This document shows, piece by piece, positions 61,422 to 64,000 of a stretch of 64,000 nucleotides of DNA. The stretch is from positions 8,804,001 through 8,868,000 of the forward strand of contig NW_026889801.1 in NCBI RefSeq assembly GCF_033153115.1, given 5' to 3'. The translations under genes and the position numbers were made by a program. The stretch comes from Saccostrea echinata. Taxonomy: Eukaryota. How positions within the stretch are numbered: position 1 is the stretch's first letter; every line of letters begins with the position of its first letter. The notes under the pieces are model-generated. The model worked only from the letters and a program-made list of their open reading frames with translations, was not told the origin of the DNA and searched no databases.

Positions 61422-63839
61422 TCTGTATCATAACAGTACAGACAGTTTGAGAACAAAACAATTTCTTTTGCATATTACAATCTCTCCCCTGCAATGTCAT
61501 TTTGGATTTGTGTAACAAGAATGATACAATGAACAAAAGAAATCAGTGCGACCAAAAAACTTTTGACCTTTAAATGTCAAACAGATATGCTTTTTTAAAA
61601 ACAAAGACTTGGTAATACATTAACAACATCTAAACTAAGCTCAGATATATGACCTTGCTTGCCTATCCAAAACAGGCAAACCTAGTAAGAGGTGTTGACA
61701 GTTTTATAATGTCAACAGATAAAGAGTAAACAACTGCACTGCAGAACTGATGACAATTGAATTATAATGACACATGATTTAAGTACCATTTTTGGTTTTA
61801 CTTTTTAAAGTGCATTCAACCCTCTTTGTTGATATTTGAAGGTCACTATTTTTTCTGTATCTCATTCCTCTTGCTTTGTTTATATTAACATACACATACA
61901 CCTTTTACTGGAAAAATTGGGGGAAATCTGCTGCAGAATCTAGTTTTATAGCCTACATATGTACTTGTCAATTGGGTCTTTCAAAGTTACATGTCAGGGA
62001 TTAATTTCTAGTATAAGAACTGATATAAAAAGGAAAATATTCATCGAAATAAATTCAACAGCTCATGTAGTTATTTTTAATTTTTTGAAGTACACATTGT
62101 GCATTTTAAATGATGATGCTCTATTCACTCTTAAAATTTTTACCTTTGTTTCTTGGAGAGGGGGCAGTATTAATTCCTACCTGAAATTAGTTTCACCAAT
62201 ATTTGAACAAAGAATTTTTTTTGCTTTGTAAGTGTGACTCAGAACAGAAATTATATATATGATTAGGTAATTCTAAAATATGCAGTTTATCAACCAGTAC
62301 AAGCATCATTGATGCAGCTGTTTGTTATAAACAAAAATGAAGACTTTCTGACAGAATTAATTTAATTGGAGTATGAGAACTTTAAAAGAATGTCGATCCC
62401 CATAACGAGGTTCTGAAATATATTTGGTTACTCATTAATATTGTTTTATAAAGACGACTCAAGCAAGATGCTGTCAACTTCATTCAGTTATTAAAATAAT
62501 TTACAAGGTTTGCTACAATGGACAAAATTTACAATTTTTTTTTAATATCATTATTTTATTTTGTATTTAATGTTGCTGAGACTGCCAATATTTACCTTAG
62601 GGAGTACAATATATATATTACCTAAAAGTTTTATTTTCAAAAAATCCTTGCAACATTTACCAGGGGCATGTTTAACAAAAGAACTTATTACTAAGATCAA
62701 ACACCTTAGATGATAATATAATCTTGCAAAATCAATGATTCTGTTAAAAATTGCTTGCATAAAAATATCTATCTAAATTAATTTTTAAAAGGATTAAAAT
62801 CATTTTCAAATCAATGTTAAAAAAAAAGTTAATCTCAAAATTATATTTTGGTCTTAGTCGTACACATGTAAGTTCTTTTATGAAACAGACCCAAGATGTC
62901 TTATAAGCATTATTTGCCATATTTCGAAGAATGTCTCAGAAGTTTTGCTACAAAGATGCCCATGGATTGAAATATTCAGAGATTTTATTGTCCATTAAAG
63001 AATCTGGTCTCAATTATCTGATCGTAAAGATGTGTTGCAAAATAAGTTACTTATATGTCTTATCAGTTATTATCCCCTCGCAACGGAGTTGGGAGTGTAT
63101 GTAAGTTTGTCCTTACGTAATTTGCTTCGGTATAGATGTCGAATGCTGTCTTGATTTATAGATATGCTCTTTGCGAGGGGATGCTCCGCTTTGCGGTACC
63201 CTTGTTAAATGCTTTTTTTCACTACAGCCCATGTTGTTAAAAGTATAACCCAGTGGACATATCCTGAATAATGATGAATTTTTTTTATTAGGTTACAAGT
63301 ACGTACATGTATGTGAACCGGTACTGTCGAACTTGAAAAAAATTATTGTGTATTAAATGTGTAATTATATTTTTTACTGTAATTCTTATAAAGATTCCAA
63401 ATTGTAAACTATGCCCAACTGTAAATTTAGAATCTTTTTTTTCTGACAAAAACAAAACCAGCTATATTTAGTTCAGTCCATTTTAAAGCAAATTTGTTTT
63501 TACAAGCAACAAATGAGTAAGCATTTCTGGTGCATTAATTAAATCTGTCAAGACTTCTCGCCTGTTGGGATGGGAGTGGATGTGGGTCATTTAGTCTTCC
63601 ATTGATGAGTTGACATTTGAAGGTCATGTGTTTTTTCATTTACTCAGTCATTCATTCATTTTATTGTCAAAATGGTTCATGCAACATGAACAAGTTTCTG
63701 ACTAATTGTAACAAATATTCTGAAATCAGGAAGTTTCCAAGAGTCTGATCAGTGATCACAGACATCAGCTATAGCTGGGGCATACAGAAATGAGAGAGGA
63801 AAGGAGGGGGAATTGTGTTCAATGACAAGAATAATTTTG

Positions 63840-63943
63840 TTTTTAGCTCACCTGAGCCGAAGGCTCAGGTGAGCTTTTCTGATAACATTTTGTCCGTCGT
63901 CCGTCTGTCTGTCCGTCCGTCTGTAAACTTTTCACATTTTCGA

Positions 63944-63990
<47 letters not shown>

Positions 63991-64000
63991 AGCATCCTTG
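63840..64000 (+). mobile_element. Start of a CvA/Pearl-like Helentron-associated element with Cg170-like unit, truncated by the window end
   Basis: TTTTTAGCTCACCTGAGCCGAAGGCTCAGGTGAGCT hairpin, (TCCG/TCTG)n, then CTTCTTCTCCAGAACCACTGGGCCAATTTCAACCAAACTT. Confidence 0.8.

Noticed and set aside
436-62760. Most 60-125-aa ORFs in the track
   Set aside because: They fall in repeats, low-complexity DNA, introns or antisense to real exons, and show no recognisable domains.

Overview
AT-rich eukaryotic genomic DNA with spliceosomal introns and a 152-N assembly gap (7161-7312). The repeat content (Cg170-like satellite boxes in Helentron-type elements, Meta/Deu-domain tRNA SINEs, Penelope fragments) suggests a bivalve, probably an oyster (inference). 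I could reconstruct five protein-coding genes by hand. Two are intronless orphan rhodopsin-class GPCRs, facing tail-to-tail. The other three form a same-strand (minus) series: an IAP (long Ser-rich N-terminus, one BIR, UBA-like, RING; 6 coding exons, 503 aa), a caspase-8-like protease (2 DEDs, SHG/QACQG; 7 coding exons, 565 aa) and a BTB-BACK protein (BTBD17-like; 4 coding exons, 469 aa). The last caspase exon is missing from the ORF track and lies 13.3 kb downstream (34172-34325). That intron holds a 9.5-kb TIR element with TAT..ATA ends and a 6-bp TSD (IS3EU-type). Its subterminal arrays are built from two alternating palindromes, and it carries several nested MITEs with exact TSDs. A second three-level transposon nest sits in the intron after the QACQG exon. 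No prokaryotic system or CRISPR array is present. Family names come from recalled motifs, not database searches.
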